NCBI GenBank assembly: GCA_963695855.1
Contig: CAVOHZ010000010.1
Span: forward strand, 608,001-672,000
Reading direction: 5' to 3'
Length of the DNA stretch: 64,000 nucleotides
Origin: an uncultured Nitrososphaerales archaeon
Lineage (GTDB): Archaea; Thermoproteota; Nitrososphaeria; Nitrososphaerales; Nitrososphaeraceae
The notes below the pieces were generated by a model, which made no database searches, was not told the DNA's origin, and was given only the letters and a program-made list of their open reading frames with translations. The stretch's first letter is position 1. Each line of letters opens with the position of its first letter. Made by a program: the position numbers and the translations under genes. Below, piece after piece: positions 18,813 to 29,769 of the stretch.

Positions 18813-19775
18813 TAAGGTATTACTAATTTAGAAATTTATTAATTTTTCTAATTTATTTTTTGACTATGTGGTAACATAATTTTAACACTTCTTAATGCTA
18901 AGAACAATTTTAATATAAGGTATAACTTTCTATACCTTTAGAGATGATAGTCTAACGCAGAATTTTATAAATTCGTATCTAATCCAAATAAAATTCACTT
19001 TATTATAAGAAATGTGAAAAATAAGATGAATTATTCAATCTGAAATTATAGTTTTATAATTAATTAGGGAGTATTGTTGAAAGGAAGAAAAGTTGTCATC
19101 TTATCATCATTTCAAGATCAAACCCACTGTTAACAATCAAAATGGTAGCATATCTCAGGTACTAAGACATAATACACCAGAAAAATCCTATTGAATTAGG
19201 TCATAGAACTTCTCTGAGTCAAGTTATTCGACTGCCTTGCATTCAAATTGCGAACAATTTTTATTGGAATTTTTTTATGGGTATCGAGAATTTATCATTT
19301 TTGGTTGATATACACCATTCGATAAAAATTCCTAAATTCAGATTGTCGATTAATGAATTGGTTTATCAAAACAGCGATAGAAGAACCATATTTTGAAATG
19401 CAATGTTCTGAAATAAAATTTCTAAAAACAATTCTGACACTTCATTAACGTCCTGATCAATAAGCTGTGATCCAGTGAACTTCGTAATTGACAGAAAAAT
19501 AGTATATTGAAATTACTAAAAGATGAAACAGGTAATAGTATACATCTCTTTCAAAATTGGCAGATTATATTGATTGAACAAGGCCATCAATTAGAAAGGT
19601 GGTTATTTTTGGCATCACGTTCTAAGAAAGAAGCAATTATTAAAAAGAATTAAACTGAAGGAATAATCAAGTAGTGGTATTGTAATAGACCGACTACAAT
19701 TATAGAAAATCCAAAAAAACTAAGGTCTAGGTACAGTGCAAAAATATAATTATTAGGAATTATTGCCTCGTCTAT

Positions 19776-20168
19776 TTATGGATAGGTTCCCTTTTTATCT
19801 CGTTCATCGAATACATTTTTCATAACTTCCAATCCATTTAAAGCAGCCGGAAATCCAGAATACAAAGATATCTGGATAATTATTTCCAGAATTTCTTCAC
19901 GCGAACACCCTACATTTAAAGCACCATGAATATGTGACTTTAATTGCGGTTTTGCATTACCCATGGTTAAAAGAGAAGATATTGTAACAATTTCTCTTGC
20001 TTTGAGGTCCAAACCTTTTCTATTATATATTTCTCCAAAAGCGAACTCGATGATATATCGAGACATGTCTGATGAAATATGATTTAAATTTTCTAATACT
20101 TTAGTCCCAATTTCTCCATAAATTTCTTTAAAATGTTTAAGCCCTAGCTCGTATCTAGATTCATTCAT
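19776..20168 (-). CDS. carboxymuconolactone decarboxylase (CMD) family protein
   Basis: FAFGEIY, LDLKAREIVTI, HIHGALNVG, YSGFPAA. Confidence 0.9.
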   Translation of the reverse strand: MNESRYELGLKHFKEIYGEIGTKVLENLNHISSDMSRYIIEFAFGEIYNRKGLDLKAREIVTISSLLTMGNAKPQLKSHIHGALNVGCSREEILEIIIQISLYSGFPAALNGLEVMKNVFDERDKKGTYP

Positions 20169-20282
20169 AGAATAAAGTAGTCTTCCAATCATATATTAAT
20201 TATAATAATCATATCATAATTCACTAACAAATATTAATAACAATAATAACAACCAAGTTTAAGAAGGTATACAAAAATTATA

Positions 20283-20471
20283 TTATGTTCTAGTTTGCGC
20301 AGAAGTAAGATCAGGGTGTTCTTTTCTTAAATGAATCTTGAGATCTCTCTTATTATAACATATTCTATTACAAATTTGACAGGTTATTTTTTCATAGGCT
20401 TCGTCGGATCTATTATTGGTCATCTTGATTTGATCAATTATTTTTGAGAAATAATCTTTTAGACCAAACAT
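20283..20471 (-). CDS. small C2H2 zinc-finger protein
   Basis: CQIC-x12-HLRKEH. Confidence 0.6.
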   Translation of the reverse strand: MFGLKDYFSKIIDQIKMTNNRSDEAYEKITCQICNRICYNKRDLKIHLRKEHPDLTSAQTRT

Positions 20472-20648
20472 ATTTCTAATATTATTTTTTCACTTTATAA
20501 AGTTATTCATACGAAACGAATTTTTAGAACAAGTTAAAAATACAATCAACATTGATTATTCCCGATTCGTAAACAACGAAAACAATAAAGAAATCCCGGT
20601 TGATATCAGCACAATAAGTAATATACCAGATATTTTCTAGTAATCTAG

Positions 20649-21410
20649 TTGAAGATTGAAGAATTTCTTTCCACACTTCCCGCTGGAATAATTTCTGGAA
20701 AGGAAATAAATATTACTGACAATGTCTTTAGAAATATTTTCAGGTTTGCAGATCTTTCTTCTAGAGATATTTTTTTTTATCTAGGATTTGGAAATAATTT
20801 AAATGCATTGAATATTGCTAAGAAAGAATTTAATACAAAAGAGGTTTTTGGAATTGATAATAGGACGAAATTTGCTGATAAGGCAAAAATGGAATCACAA
20901 AGTGTTGAAATAAATATCATCAACAGAAATATTGATGAAGTGGATTTATCCAAGGCCACAATAATTTTTTTTTGGTTTAGTAATATCAAACAGATCGACC
21001 ATCTAGTAACAAAATTTGAAAATGAATTGACGAAAAATACAAGGATAATAACAGTATTATCACCTCCAGGATTATTACTTCCTTCAAAAGTTGAGTTTCC
21101 ATTCATATTGTGTAAAAAACCATTCAAGTATGCAAATAACATAAAAGAACAAATTAAGGCGATTTATGGAAATGAATGTTTAGATTTTACAGCCTGCTGG
21201 TTATTATCAGAACAATATATTAAAAAAATGGAAATAAATGGAGAATATTCAAGGTTTACAAATGTGTTGATGAGTATTATAATATGGATTAATGCATGGA
21301 ATATGAAAGCGACGTGTGAAGAAGAGATTCCCCCGCCAGTACAAAGTTATCTAGGAATTCTGCGTACATTCTTTAACATAGATCTTAAAGAAATGATTGT
21401 TAGGAAATAG
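20649..21410 (+). CDS. SAM-dependent methyltransferase-like protein
   Basis: Degenerate motif I (FYLGFG), VFGID, DLSKATIIFFW; unique C-terminal domain. Confidence 0.7.
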   Translation: MKIEEFLSTLPAGIISGKEINITDNVFRNIFRFADLSSRDIFFYLGFGNNLNALNIAKKEFNTKEVFGIDNRTKFADKAKMESQSVEINIINRNIDEVDLSKATIIFFWFSNIKQIDHLVTKFENELTKNTRIITVLSPPGLLLPSKVEFPFILCKKPFKYANNIKEQIKAIYGNECLDFTACWLLSEQYIKKMEINGEYSRFTNVLMSIIIWINAWNMKATCEEEIPPPVQSYLGILRTFFNIDLKEMIVRK

Positions 21411-21545
21411 CACAATAATCGAAGGATAAAAACTTTCTACTGACAGTTCTGTCTTATAAACGAGGAAAATTAAAATGAATTACACTAAATTGGTTCAAAG
21501 GAAATCAATTAAATATTGCTAACAATTATTCGTAAAGTTATCATC

Positions 21546-23153
21546 ATGGCCAAGGATCCAGAGAAGACAAATTTGAAAAGTTTAGCTGTGATAAAGAAGA
21601 TGGGATTTGAACCTAAAAAAATTTGTGCCAATCTATCGGTTCCAGAATTGGTAGAATTTTCAGTTATTCGTAAAGAAGCTAATATGTCCTCAACAGGAGC
21701 CTTGTCCGTATTCACTGGAAAATTTACTGGAAGATCCCCTGATGATCGATATATTGTTGAAGATAATATAACTAAAAAAAATATTAATTGGGGAAAAGTA
21801 AATCATCCAATTTCAGAACAGACTTTTGATCAAATATTTGAACGAATGAAAGAGTTTGTAAGAAACAAGGAATTATTCTTATTTAATGGATACGTAGGAG
21901 CAGATGAGGAAGCAAGGTTTCCTGTAAGTGTAATTACAGATAAAGCTTGGCAATCTCTTTTCGCTAATCAAATTTTGATAAAACCAAAAGAAAATGAATT
22001 AAAAAATTTTTCTCCAAAATTGGTTGTCTTTTCTTTAAATGATTTTAAAGCGATGCCGAAAAAAGAGAAAACGGAGTCAGAAACATTCATTATTATTAAT
22101 TTAAAAAAGAAGATTGTTTTAATAGGATACACTTCCTATGCCGGAGAAATAAAAAAATCAATATTTTCTGTTATGAATTATTTCTTGCCTGCAAAAGGCA
22201 TTTTTCCTATGCATTGCTCTGCAAATGTTGGTAAAAATGGAGACACTACACTATTCTTCGGATTATCAGGAACTGGCAAAACAACGTTATCTGCTGATTC
22301 TGATAGATTTTTGATTGGAGATGACGAACATGGATGGTCCGCAGATGGAATATTCAATTTTGAGGGAGGATGTTATGCAAAATGCATAAACCTGAAAAAG
22401 GAAACAGAACCACAGATCTGGAACGCAATAAAATTTGGATCGGTTATGGAAAATGTCGTTATTTCAAATAATAAAAGGGTACCCGACTTTAATGACAATT
22501 CATTAACGGAAAATACTCGTGCTGTATACCCTTTAGAATTCATACCACGGGCAGTAATACCTAGTGTAGGTAGTCATCCAAATGTGATAATTTTTCTTAC
22601 TGCTGATGCTTTTGGCGTATTGCCACCAATTGCAAAATTGACAAAAGAAGGAGCAATGTATCATTTTATGTCTGGATATACCAGTAAGTTAGCCGGTACT
22701 GAAAGAGGAATTACAAAACCCAAAGAAACCTTTTCCCAATGCTTTGGTGCACCATTCATGCCCCTGCACGCTATGGATTACGCCGAAATGTTAGGACGAA
22801 AAATGACGGAGCACAATTCAAGGGTATATTTGATTAATACTGGATGGCATGGAGGTCCTTATGGAATAGGCAAGAGAATTGACCTTAGACATACCAGAAT
22901 AATGGTGACTAATGCTATAAGTGGAGAAATAGATAAATGCTCATTTAAATTGCATCAAATTTTCAATTTGCAGATTCCAACATCATGTCCTGGTGTACCT
23001 AACGAGCTACTTGATCCCAGTCAAACATGGAAAGATAAAAAAGATTACAATATTGCTGCTAGGAAATTAGCAAGATTATTCACACAAAATTTTGAGAAAT
23101 TCGGGCGAGTATCTAAAGAAATTATTGATGCTGGTCCAAAACCAAATGTATAA
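21546..23153 (+). CDS. pckA: phosphoenolpyruvate carboxykinase (ATP)
   Basis: TGRSP, YAGEIKK, MHCSAN, GLSGTGKTTLS, GDDEHGW, NFEGGCYAK. Confidence 0.97.
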   Translation: MAKDPEKTNLKSLAVIKKMGFEPKKICANLSVPELVEFSVIRKEANMSSTGALSVFTGKFTGRSPDDRYIVEDNITKKNINWGKVNHPISEQTFDQIFERMKEFVRNKELFLFNGYVGADEEARFPVSVITDKAWQSLFANQILIKPKENELKNFSPKLVVFSLNDFKAMPKKEKTESETFIIINLKKKIVLIGYTSYAGEIKKSIFSVMNYFLPAKGIFPMHCSANVGKNGDTTLFFGLSGTGKTTLSADSDRFLIGDDEHGWSADGIFNFEGGCYAKCINLKKETEPQIWNAIKFGSVMENVVISNNKRVPDFNDNSLTENTRAVYPLEFIPRAVIPSVGSHPNVIIFLTADAFGVLPPIAKLTKEGAMYHFMSGYTSKLAGTERGITKPKETFSQCFGAPFMPLHAMDYAEMLGRKMTEHNSRVYLINTGWHGGPYGIGKRIDLRHTRIMVTNAISGEIDKCSFKLHQIFNLQIPTSCPGVPNELLDPSQTWKDKKDYNIAARKLARLFTQNFEKFGRVSKEIIDAGPKPNV

Positions 23154-23156
23154 AAG

Positions 23157-23289
23157 TAGCCCGGAGCAGATTCGAACTGCTGTCTCCAGGTTTCTTTTCT
23201 GAGATCCAGAGCCTGAAATCCTTAGCCCTACCATGGAGTTTAGCCGCTAGATTCGGCATCAGTCACGAAACAACTGATTCGACCGGGCT
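23157..23289 (-). tRNA. tRNA-Gln(CUG) with three introns (10/11, 21/22, 37/38)
   Basis: Removing 23252-23279, 23222-23239 and 23192-23205 gives a 73-nt cloverleaf AGCCCGGUCGUCUAGCGGCUAAGGAUUUCAGGCUCUGGACCUGGAGACAGCAGUUCGAAUCUGCUCCGGGCUA. Confidence 0.9.
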
Positions 23290-23564
23290 CCTCGAGCTAC
23301 ATTTTTACTTGTTTTATACAGATATTTATTTTCTCTGACTAGTCTTTTGTACCACTCTTTCAAAATATCTTATATTGCCATTTTTCTTATAAAATGCGAT
23401 AAATATTAGCAGTTAACTTGAAATATATACTAATCATTTAATATCTAAATTTTGACGAATGTACAATGAGTTTGTTTATTTTTGAAACAAAATTTTAATT
23501 GGAGAGAATTTAATTCAATCAGAACGGCTTTATATACCCGATGACGATTATTAAATTTGGACTT

Positions 23565-25460
23565 TTACCCATATCTGAAGAAAATTCCCTTTTCACCTTT
23601 TGGATGCTTCCATTCAGTTTCTTTTGAACAAGTTCCGCATTCGATACATCCTTCATGTTGAAGGACTACCTTGTTATCCTCTACACTATAACATTTTGTT
23701 GGGCACAGGATTGTCATCTTTTTCATGAATTCAATTTGCGGTTTTGTTACTAAGATATGAGGCGAACTATCTTCATAATATTTCAACTTAGAAATACGTT
23801 CGTCGATTTCAGGAATATTTAATTCATATTCAGAGGAAATCATTTTGCCAAGTTTTTCTGCTAGCAATATAGGTACATCAGTATAGGTATTTTTTGACTC
23901 CAAAAAGGATAAAAATCTATTGTAACCAAGTCTATTGATCAAACTTATTCCTAAATTTCGCAGAAATTCATTAGACATGCAATCGAGAACAAAATTATTT
24001 TTAAAACCCAAATCGTGTAAAGGCGTTTGTCTGATTGTATTCACAAGTGTTTTGACATAGCCCTTATCGATTTTTTTCATATCTCTTGTATAAGGACTTT
24101 CATCCAAAGAGTCGGTATAAATTTTTCCCATATAGTCAGATTCAGAATTATTTCTGTCAATAGATCTCGCAACAGCTTGTGCTGCCCTCGCAGCATCATC
24201 TATACCGACATTCAAACCTTCAATTCTTGGACCTATAAAAACTCCTCTCCCAGCGGCATCTCCTATAAACAAAATATTCTTGTAATACGGTTTTGTCATC
24301 ATAGATCTCTTACCATCTGGTACCAACTTTGCACCATATTCTAATTCCACATAGTTAGTAACAAATTTGGTATTATATTCGTCAATCAATTTGTTTTTAG
24401 TTAAAGTCATCTTTTCTTCTATATCTTCAATAGACTTAAATTTCCCGTCTGTTATATATTTTTGTCTATTTTTTGGTGAATAATAAATATACTTTAACTC
24501 ATTCCAAGTGTTTATTAGTTTACTTATCGCAAACGATTTCTTGGTTTGTTCTTCTTTAGGTAAATCCCTTGCTATATTTTTTATTGGAACCTCATCTTTT
24601 ATGAGTTCCTTTATCATTGGATTATTAAGTAAAGCGTTAATAAGACCATAAGGTTCTACAGGATTTTTTAGCAAAGAATCAAGATGATATACCCCTCCAA
24701 TTGACAGAGATTCTCTGTTAGTATAAAGAAAACCTCCTCCAATTTGGTTTAGCGAAGTATCGCCACTAAAAAGATGGGCTATACCTTCTTCTGGGCTTAT
24801 ATTAAACCTCTTTTCGATTATTTCTTCTGGTAATTTGATTACAACTTTGACTCCCTGATAAAGTTGTTCCGTGGAAAATTTGTCTCTTGCACCTACCATT
24901 GATGCAACTTCTGAATTAACTCCATCTGCAGCTATTATTGCATCAGTCTCAAATTCCTCAAGTTCGTCAGTTTCGACAATCATGGAAGGAGTAGACTTAG
25001 AATCTGTTACCTCTTTATCTTTCCATGAAATACCGTTGACGTGAACACCTGATATTATACCTCCGCCCTGTTTTTCTGCCTCTTCGCCAGCCTCTGTTGC
25101 AAACCAAGAATTTAATTTGTTTAAAAGAACAGAATAACCAAAATTAGATTTATAATCATGGACAGGAGTAAGATCGATAGAAAAAACTTTATTTTTTGAA
25201 GTTGCGTTTAAAACATATTTAGTTATCCGACGCTCAAAAGGTGTTTCTTTGAGGAAGTTTTCTCCATAGATATCCTCAACATTATAAACTTTACCATATG
25301 CAGAATTTTTAGAATACAAAATTCCACCAGATATATTTTTTGATCCTATCACCTTTCCTGATTCTATCAAGATAGCCTGCTTTCCTAAAGTCGAAATATG
25401 TTTTAGTGCAGATAACCCTGCAGAGCCCCCGCCAATAATTATAACATCATAATGATCCAT
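23565..25460 (-). CDS. fixC: FixC-type ETF:quinone oxidoreductase fused to a FixX-like ferredoxin
   Basis: GGGSAG, GSKNISGG, AADGVNS, GGGFLYTN, IGDAAG; C-terminal CPTKCY..CIECGTC. Confidence 0.85.
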   Translation of the reverse strand: MDHYDVIIIGGGSAGLSALKHISTLGKQAILIESGKVIGSKNISGGILYSKNSAYGKVYNVEDIYGENFLKETPFERRITKYVLNATSKNKVFSIDLTPVHDYKSNFGYSVLLNKLNSWFATEAGEEAEKQGGGIISGVHVNGISWKDKEVTDSKSTPSMIVETDELEEFETDAIIAADGVNSEVASMVGARDKFSTEQLYQGVKVVIKLPEEIIEKRFNISPEEGIAHLFSGDTSLNQIGGGFLYTNRESLSIGGVYHLDSLLKNPVEPYGLINALLNNPMIKELIKDEVPIKNIARDLPKEEQTKKSFAISKLINTWNELKYIYYSPKNRQKYITDGKFKSIEDIEEKMTLTKNKLIDEYNTKFVTNYVELEYGAKLVPDGKRSMMTKPYYKNILFIGDAAGRGVFIGPRIEGLNVGIDDAARAAQAVARSIDRNNSESDYMGKIYTDSLDESPYTRDMKKIDKGYVKTLVNTIRQTPLHDLGFKNNFVLDCMSNEFLRNLGISLINRLGYNRFLSFLESKNTYTDVPILLAEKLGKMISSEYELNIPEIDERISKLKYYEDSSPHILVTKPQIEFMKKMTILCPTKCYSVEDNKVVLQHEGCIECGTCSKETEWKHPKGEKGIFFRYG

Positions 25461-25502
25461 CTATATCAACCTACCAAACAATGGGTACAAATACATCGGT
25501 GG

Positions 25503-26786
25503 TCATTTTTTTGAAGCCTGAACTTCTAGAGGAGATACTATCCTTTTGATCTCGTCGATAAGAACTGGAATAACGTCTTCCATTTTACCTCTGATTAATA
25601 CGTCGCATTCATTCATAATAGGAGCGTTTTCATCAGGATTTATTGCTATAACAAATTCTGATTCTTTCATTCCTTCAAGATGTTGTATTGCACCACTTAT
25701 TCCAATTGATATGTAAATTTTAGGCGTTATTTTCCTTCCACTTGTTCCAATTACCCTACTAGGGATAATATATGTTGAGTTTATTCTTTCATCTAGGGGA
25801 AATATTTTCTTAGATATTGGTAAGGATATACCGATTTCTGCTTTGAGGAGTTTTGCTAACGATTCAATTAATTTTATATTTTCTTCTGGATTTTCCTTTA
25901 TTCCTCTTCCGAAACTAATTACTATTTTATGAGAATCAAAATCAATTTTGTCCTTGATTATAGTTCTGTTCAAAATCTTTATCCTAAGATCCTGTTCGTT
26001 AAATTTAGGAGTATATTCAACAATTATTCCTCTTCTATTCGTTTCGCGCTTGATTGGAATAAAAGCTCCAGGAATTATACTACACGCTTGTGGGTGATAA
26101 TCTTTTTTAATTTCTGGACTTTTATTATCAAGACACAAAATAGTAGTCCATAAAAAACCCGAGAAATCTGGTCTATACATTTCTAAAATCTTCTCATACC
26201 TAACTGTTTGACCGTTTGTTTTGTATTGGTGTTTAATATCCAGATCATCAATAGAGAGCTTGTTTACATCGGAAGCGAGACCCGAGTCAAGTTCAGCGAG
26301 GACTGTTGCAGATAAGTGTCTACCAATACTATCTGCAGCGAAAAACATGTATCGTGGTTTTTCAAATTCAGAAGCATATTCTGGTGAGATAGCTGCAATC
26401 ATTTTCTTATCAACCACCATCTGTGAAATAACTTTTGTACAAGTCTGATTCAATAGATATTTCAAGTTAGTATTATCTGCATACATAACCGCATCAGCAC
26501 CATGGTAAATAAATTCATTGCACATTTCTTTTACATTTTCTCCCAGCACCAAGGCTATGACTTTTTCATTAGAATTGTATCGTGTGTTAAAACTATCCAT
26601 CAAACGTCGCGCTTCGCCTAACATTTCATAATTCACAGGAATCGCCATTCCATCAACTATTTCTATAACAACATACAAGTTACGGTACTTGTTTGTATTA
26701 ATATAATGACTTGACTTTTGGGCGGAATTGATATTATCCAAACCATGGGCGTTGCTTAAACCATTATCAACAGTCATATCTATCAA
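25503..26786 (-). CDS. etfA: electron transfer flavoprotein alpha subunit
   Basis: IGTSGRKITPKIYISIGISGAIQHLEGM, INPDENAPI. Confidence 0.92.
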   Translation of the reverse strand: MIDMTVDNGLSNAHGLDNINSAQKSSHYINTNKYRNLYVVIEIVDGMAIPVNYEMLGEARRLMDSFNTRYNSNEKVIALVLGENVKEMCNEFIYHGADAVMYADNTNLKYLLNQTCTKVISQMVVDKKMIAAISPEYASEFEKPRYMFFAADSIGRHLSATVLAELDSGLASDVNKLSIDDLDIKHQYKTNGQTVRYEKILEMYRPDFSGFLWTTILCLDNKSPEIKKDYHPQACSIIPGAFIPIKRETNRRGIIVEYTPKFNEQDLRIKILNRTIIKDKIDFDSHKIVISFGRGIKENPEENIKLIESLAKLLKAEIGISLPISKKIFPLDERINSTYIIPSRVIGTSGRKITPKIYISIGISGAIQHLEGMKESEFVIAINPDENAPIMNECDVLIRGKMEDVIPVLIDEIKRIVSPLEVQASKK

Positions 26787-26790
26787 CCGT

Positions 26791-27684
26791 TTAAGAGGAA
26801 TAATGATTTCCAGTCAATAATAATATTTTCTTCACGACTTCTTTAATTCGTTCATTATTATCTGCATCAATAATTTCTGCCTTTCTATTCGATTGACCCT
26901 TAGGAATTCTCTCCACTTTATATACAATAGTTGGAGAACCAGGTAAACCGACTGTTTTTGGATCCAATCCTAAATCATCGTGATTAAAGATTTTAAGATA
27001 AGATTTATAATTGTCGCCCCTAGATTTAGCTTCCTTTTGATACCTTGTAGAAATCAATCTTGATGATAAAGTATTAAATGATGGTTTGTAAGAGGGATCG
27101 ACTGAAATAAACACGGGAAGAGGTGCTTCAATTTCTTCAACAATATTATACGTTCCATTCAAAGATATAAGACGTTGAAGAATTATTAGTCTTTCCTTTA
27201 GATTTATACTATAACTTATTACATTTCCAAAAAACGGATAATTAAGCTTCCACGCGGTTTGAGGTCCAGTTTGACCAGTTTCCCCATCTGAGGCGCGATG
27301 ACCTGAAAAAATTATGTCAATTCCGCTATTATTATCATTATTCATACTCATTTTTTTTATTCCTGCTTTTAATACCTCGGCCGTAGCTAAAGTATCTGCA
27401 CTAGCAAATATTCTATCAGTATAAAGATGAAGTAAGTCTGCATCACATAACTGTTGAGCTTCTCTTAGTGCCATGTCCGACATTGGAGGTCCCATTGTAG
27501 CAACTGAGATGTGTGCCCCATAATTAACCTTGGCATAAAAAGATGCTAACGATGCTATTACACTATGAGCGCCTAATTTGCTCTTGGTCTCAGCTCTATT
27601 AAGAGTACCGTCCGGATTATAGCTAATACTGCCTTCAGAAAAATCTGGTTCAAGTTTTATAATTACCGCAATATTGAGGGTCAA
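26791..27684 (-). CDS. etfB: electron transfer flavoprotein beta subunit
   Basis: TMGPP, DRIFASADTLAT, DGETGQTGP, GLPGSPT. Confidence 0.92.
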   Translation of the reverse strand: MTLNIAVIIKLEPDFSEGSISYNPDGTLNRAETKSKLGAHSVIASLASFYAKVNYGAHISVATMGPPMSDMALREAQQLCDADLLHLYTDRIFASADTLATAEVLKAGIKKMSMNNDNNSGIDIIFSGHRASDGETGQTGPQTAWKLNYPFFGNVISYSINLKERLIILQRLISLNGTYNIVEEIEAPLPVFISVDPSYKPSFNTLSSRLISTRYQKEAKSRGDNYKSYLKIFNHDDLGLDPKTVGLPGSPTIVYKVERIPKGQSNRKAEIIDADNNERIKEVVKKILLLTGNHYSS

Positions 27685-28480
27685 GAAATAATATCTTATT
27701 TTTAAGGTTTAAAATAATTTGTCAAGCTAGATGAGTATATTTAATATTATCTATTACTAGTTTCGGGTTTAGCTTGATATGATTTTATTTGGACGAAGTC
27801 ATAATCATCAAGAAGATGAAAGATATAACTAAAAAGAATATGAAATGAAGGAGATTCTAGCATTAACTAGCGGTACCTAACAATATTTAGTGCTAATTAT
27901 CTTTCAATCAAACAACTACAGTATAAATCTATATTCAAAATATATTCACAGGTATAAAATATTAAAGAAGTGAATATATTGGTGATCCTTAACCAATTGG
28001 TATTATCTTTTTATCTCGCAATTTGTTAAACATATGTATATATCTATTGAGCGTTTGCCCTAAAAACACGATTTAAATTTCACGATCATTCCGTTTTTTT
28101 TTCGGAATTGTTAATTTCTTCCACTTTAACCGTTAATCCTATTGAAATCAATATACCGTAGATGCTAAAAAATTTATGTAATTAGGTAATTTATTTACTT
28201 ATTTGGCAGTATTTTTTTATCGTCCAGATTTTGAGAATTTATTTAAAAAGTATAGCACATAGAGATTCAAAAAATCCTTTTCTTATTTTAATTAAGCAAT
28301 TTATCATAAATAAAACATAAATCAATAATCTAATCAAAAGAGAAATTAAAAATCAAATTAACCTATATTCTAATTTGAAAAAAAGTACTTTATTTTTCAG
28401 AACAAGTATAGAACTGTGATCATTTTGTTCTAAAATAGAGAAATTTTCACTATATTCAACAAAAAATTGTGATTATCAGA

Positions 28481-28903
28481 TCATTTTTGTTGTTCGCGAT
28501 CAGAAAATCTTAATTGTATATCTTTATGAGGACATACATGAATTATTTCCTCAGCTAATTTATAACTCCCTTCATTCAGATTTTCCTCTTGTGAAAATTC
28601 AAATACCGTTTTTGTTTCGGGTAAATATACTTTTTTGATATTTAGATCACCCTCTCCTTCTTCTCCCTTCTTAAAAACATATCTTTCTCCTCTTTTGGTT
28701 ATTGGATTCCAGCTCCTTAGTAATATCCCTTGATTTTCGATGTTTTGATTTGTTTTTTTATCATAGATTTTAGTATTTATGAAAAGATGGAAGAAAATGT
28801 CGCTTGAATTATAGAGATACTTCAATGTGTATTTGTTATAATCTGGAGTTCTTTCTGCTTCATGATTTTGTTTTAGTCCATTTTCCAATTTATTAAAAAA
28901 CAT
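28481..28903 (-). CDS. hypothetical protein
   Basis: 140-aa ORF with no competing frame; no family recognised. Confidence 0.5.
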   Translation of the reverse strand: MFFNKLENGLKQNHEAERTPDYNKYTLKYLYNSSDIFFHLFINTKIYDKKTNQNIENQGILLRSWNPITKRGERYVFKKGEEGEGDLNIKKVYLPETKTVFEFSQEENLNEGSYKLAEEIIHVCPHKDIQLRFSDREQQK

Positions 28904-29057
28904 TCTTTACATGATATTCTCCTTTAATATATTATTACATGCATTTTATTTAGATTTTACTAAAACGTCAAAAAAATTGAAGCCGTTGCTAGTATGTTTG
29001 AAATGAATGATACAGATATGATTTCATCATCATGAGATGTCCTGTATCTTTAAATCA

Positions 29058-29522
29058 CTATTTTATTACCAAAACTGGACAATGAGAATGCGTAATCACC
29101 CCAGAAGCAACACTTCCCAATAGTAACTTCTTGATACCAGATCTTCCGCGCGTTCCCATCACTATCAAATCAATTTTTTCCTTCTCCGAAAAATTAATGA
29201 TTGCAGGTACTATTGAGGAAGCGACTATTACTTGCGACTTAAATTTAATAATTTTTGTTTGATCTACAGAACTTGACTCTTGTTTAACTTTTTCAAACCA
29301 TCCTTCAGCCTTTTGTTTTTCCATCTCAAGTAGTTTATTGATTGAATCATCAGGAACTAAGCCAAGAGATGAATAGGTAAATCCAGTTTCTGAAACCACC
29401 ACATATAGAGCGATTACTTGACTATCGAACTTGATAGATAGAGAGATAGCATATCCCGCTGCTTCAAATGATTTTTCTGACCCATCGATAGCTACTAAGA
29501 TTCTTGACATTTCTTCCTTCAT
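29058..29522 (-). CDS. universal stress protein (UspA family)
   Basis: ILVAIDGSEKS, DLIVMGTRGRSG, LLGSVA, CPVLVIK. Confidence 0.93.
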   Translation of the reverse strand: MKEEMSRILVAIDGSEKSFEAAGYAISLSIKFDSQVIALYVVVSETGFTYSSLGLVPDDSINKLLEMEKQKAEGWFEKVKQESSSVDQTKIIKFKSQVIVASSIVPAIINFSEKEKIDLIVMGTRGRSGIKKLLLGSVASGVITHSHCPVLVIK

Positions 29523-29769
29523 ATAATAGATAAGATATAAAATATAAAATATAAAAAACCTATCTAACATGTAAGAGGATCATTTCCATCAGATTTAATA
29601 CCAAACGATTGGAATTTGATAACCCGCATACAAAATGGGATGTATTTAGAATGCCAAAAGAAAGTAAATATCAACGATTAGTTAGCCAATTGCTGCTTGT
29701 GTTTGCTCTGTTTCAGAACTCGTTCATACAATCTTTTTATACATCCAATCAACAAATATGTTACAATTA

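Noticed and set aside
18850-19770. About 900-bp ORF-free stretch as ncRNA or pseudogene
   Set aside because: No GC-rich stems, box C/D pair or recognisable peptide could be supported.
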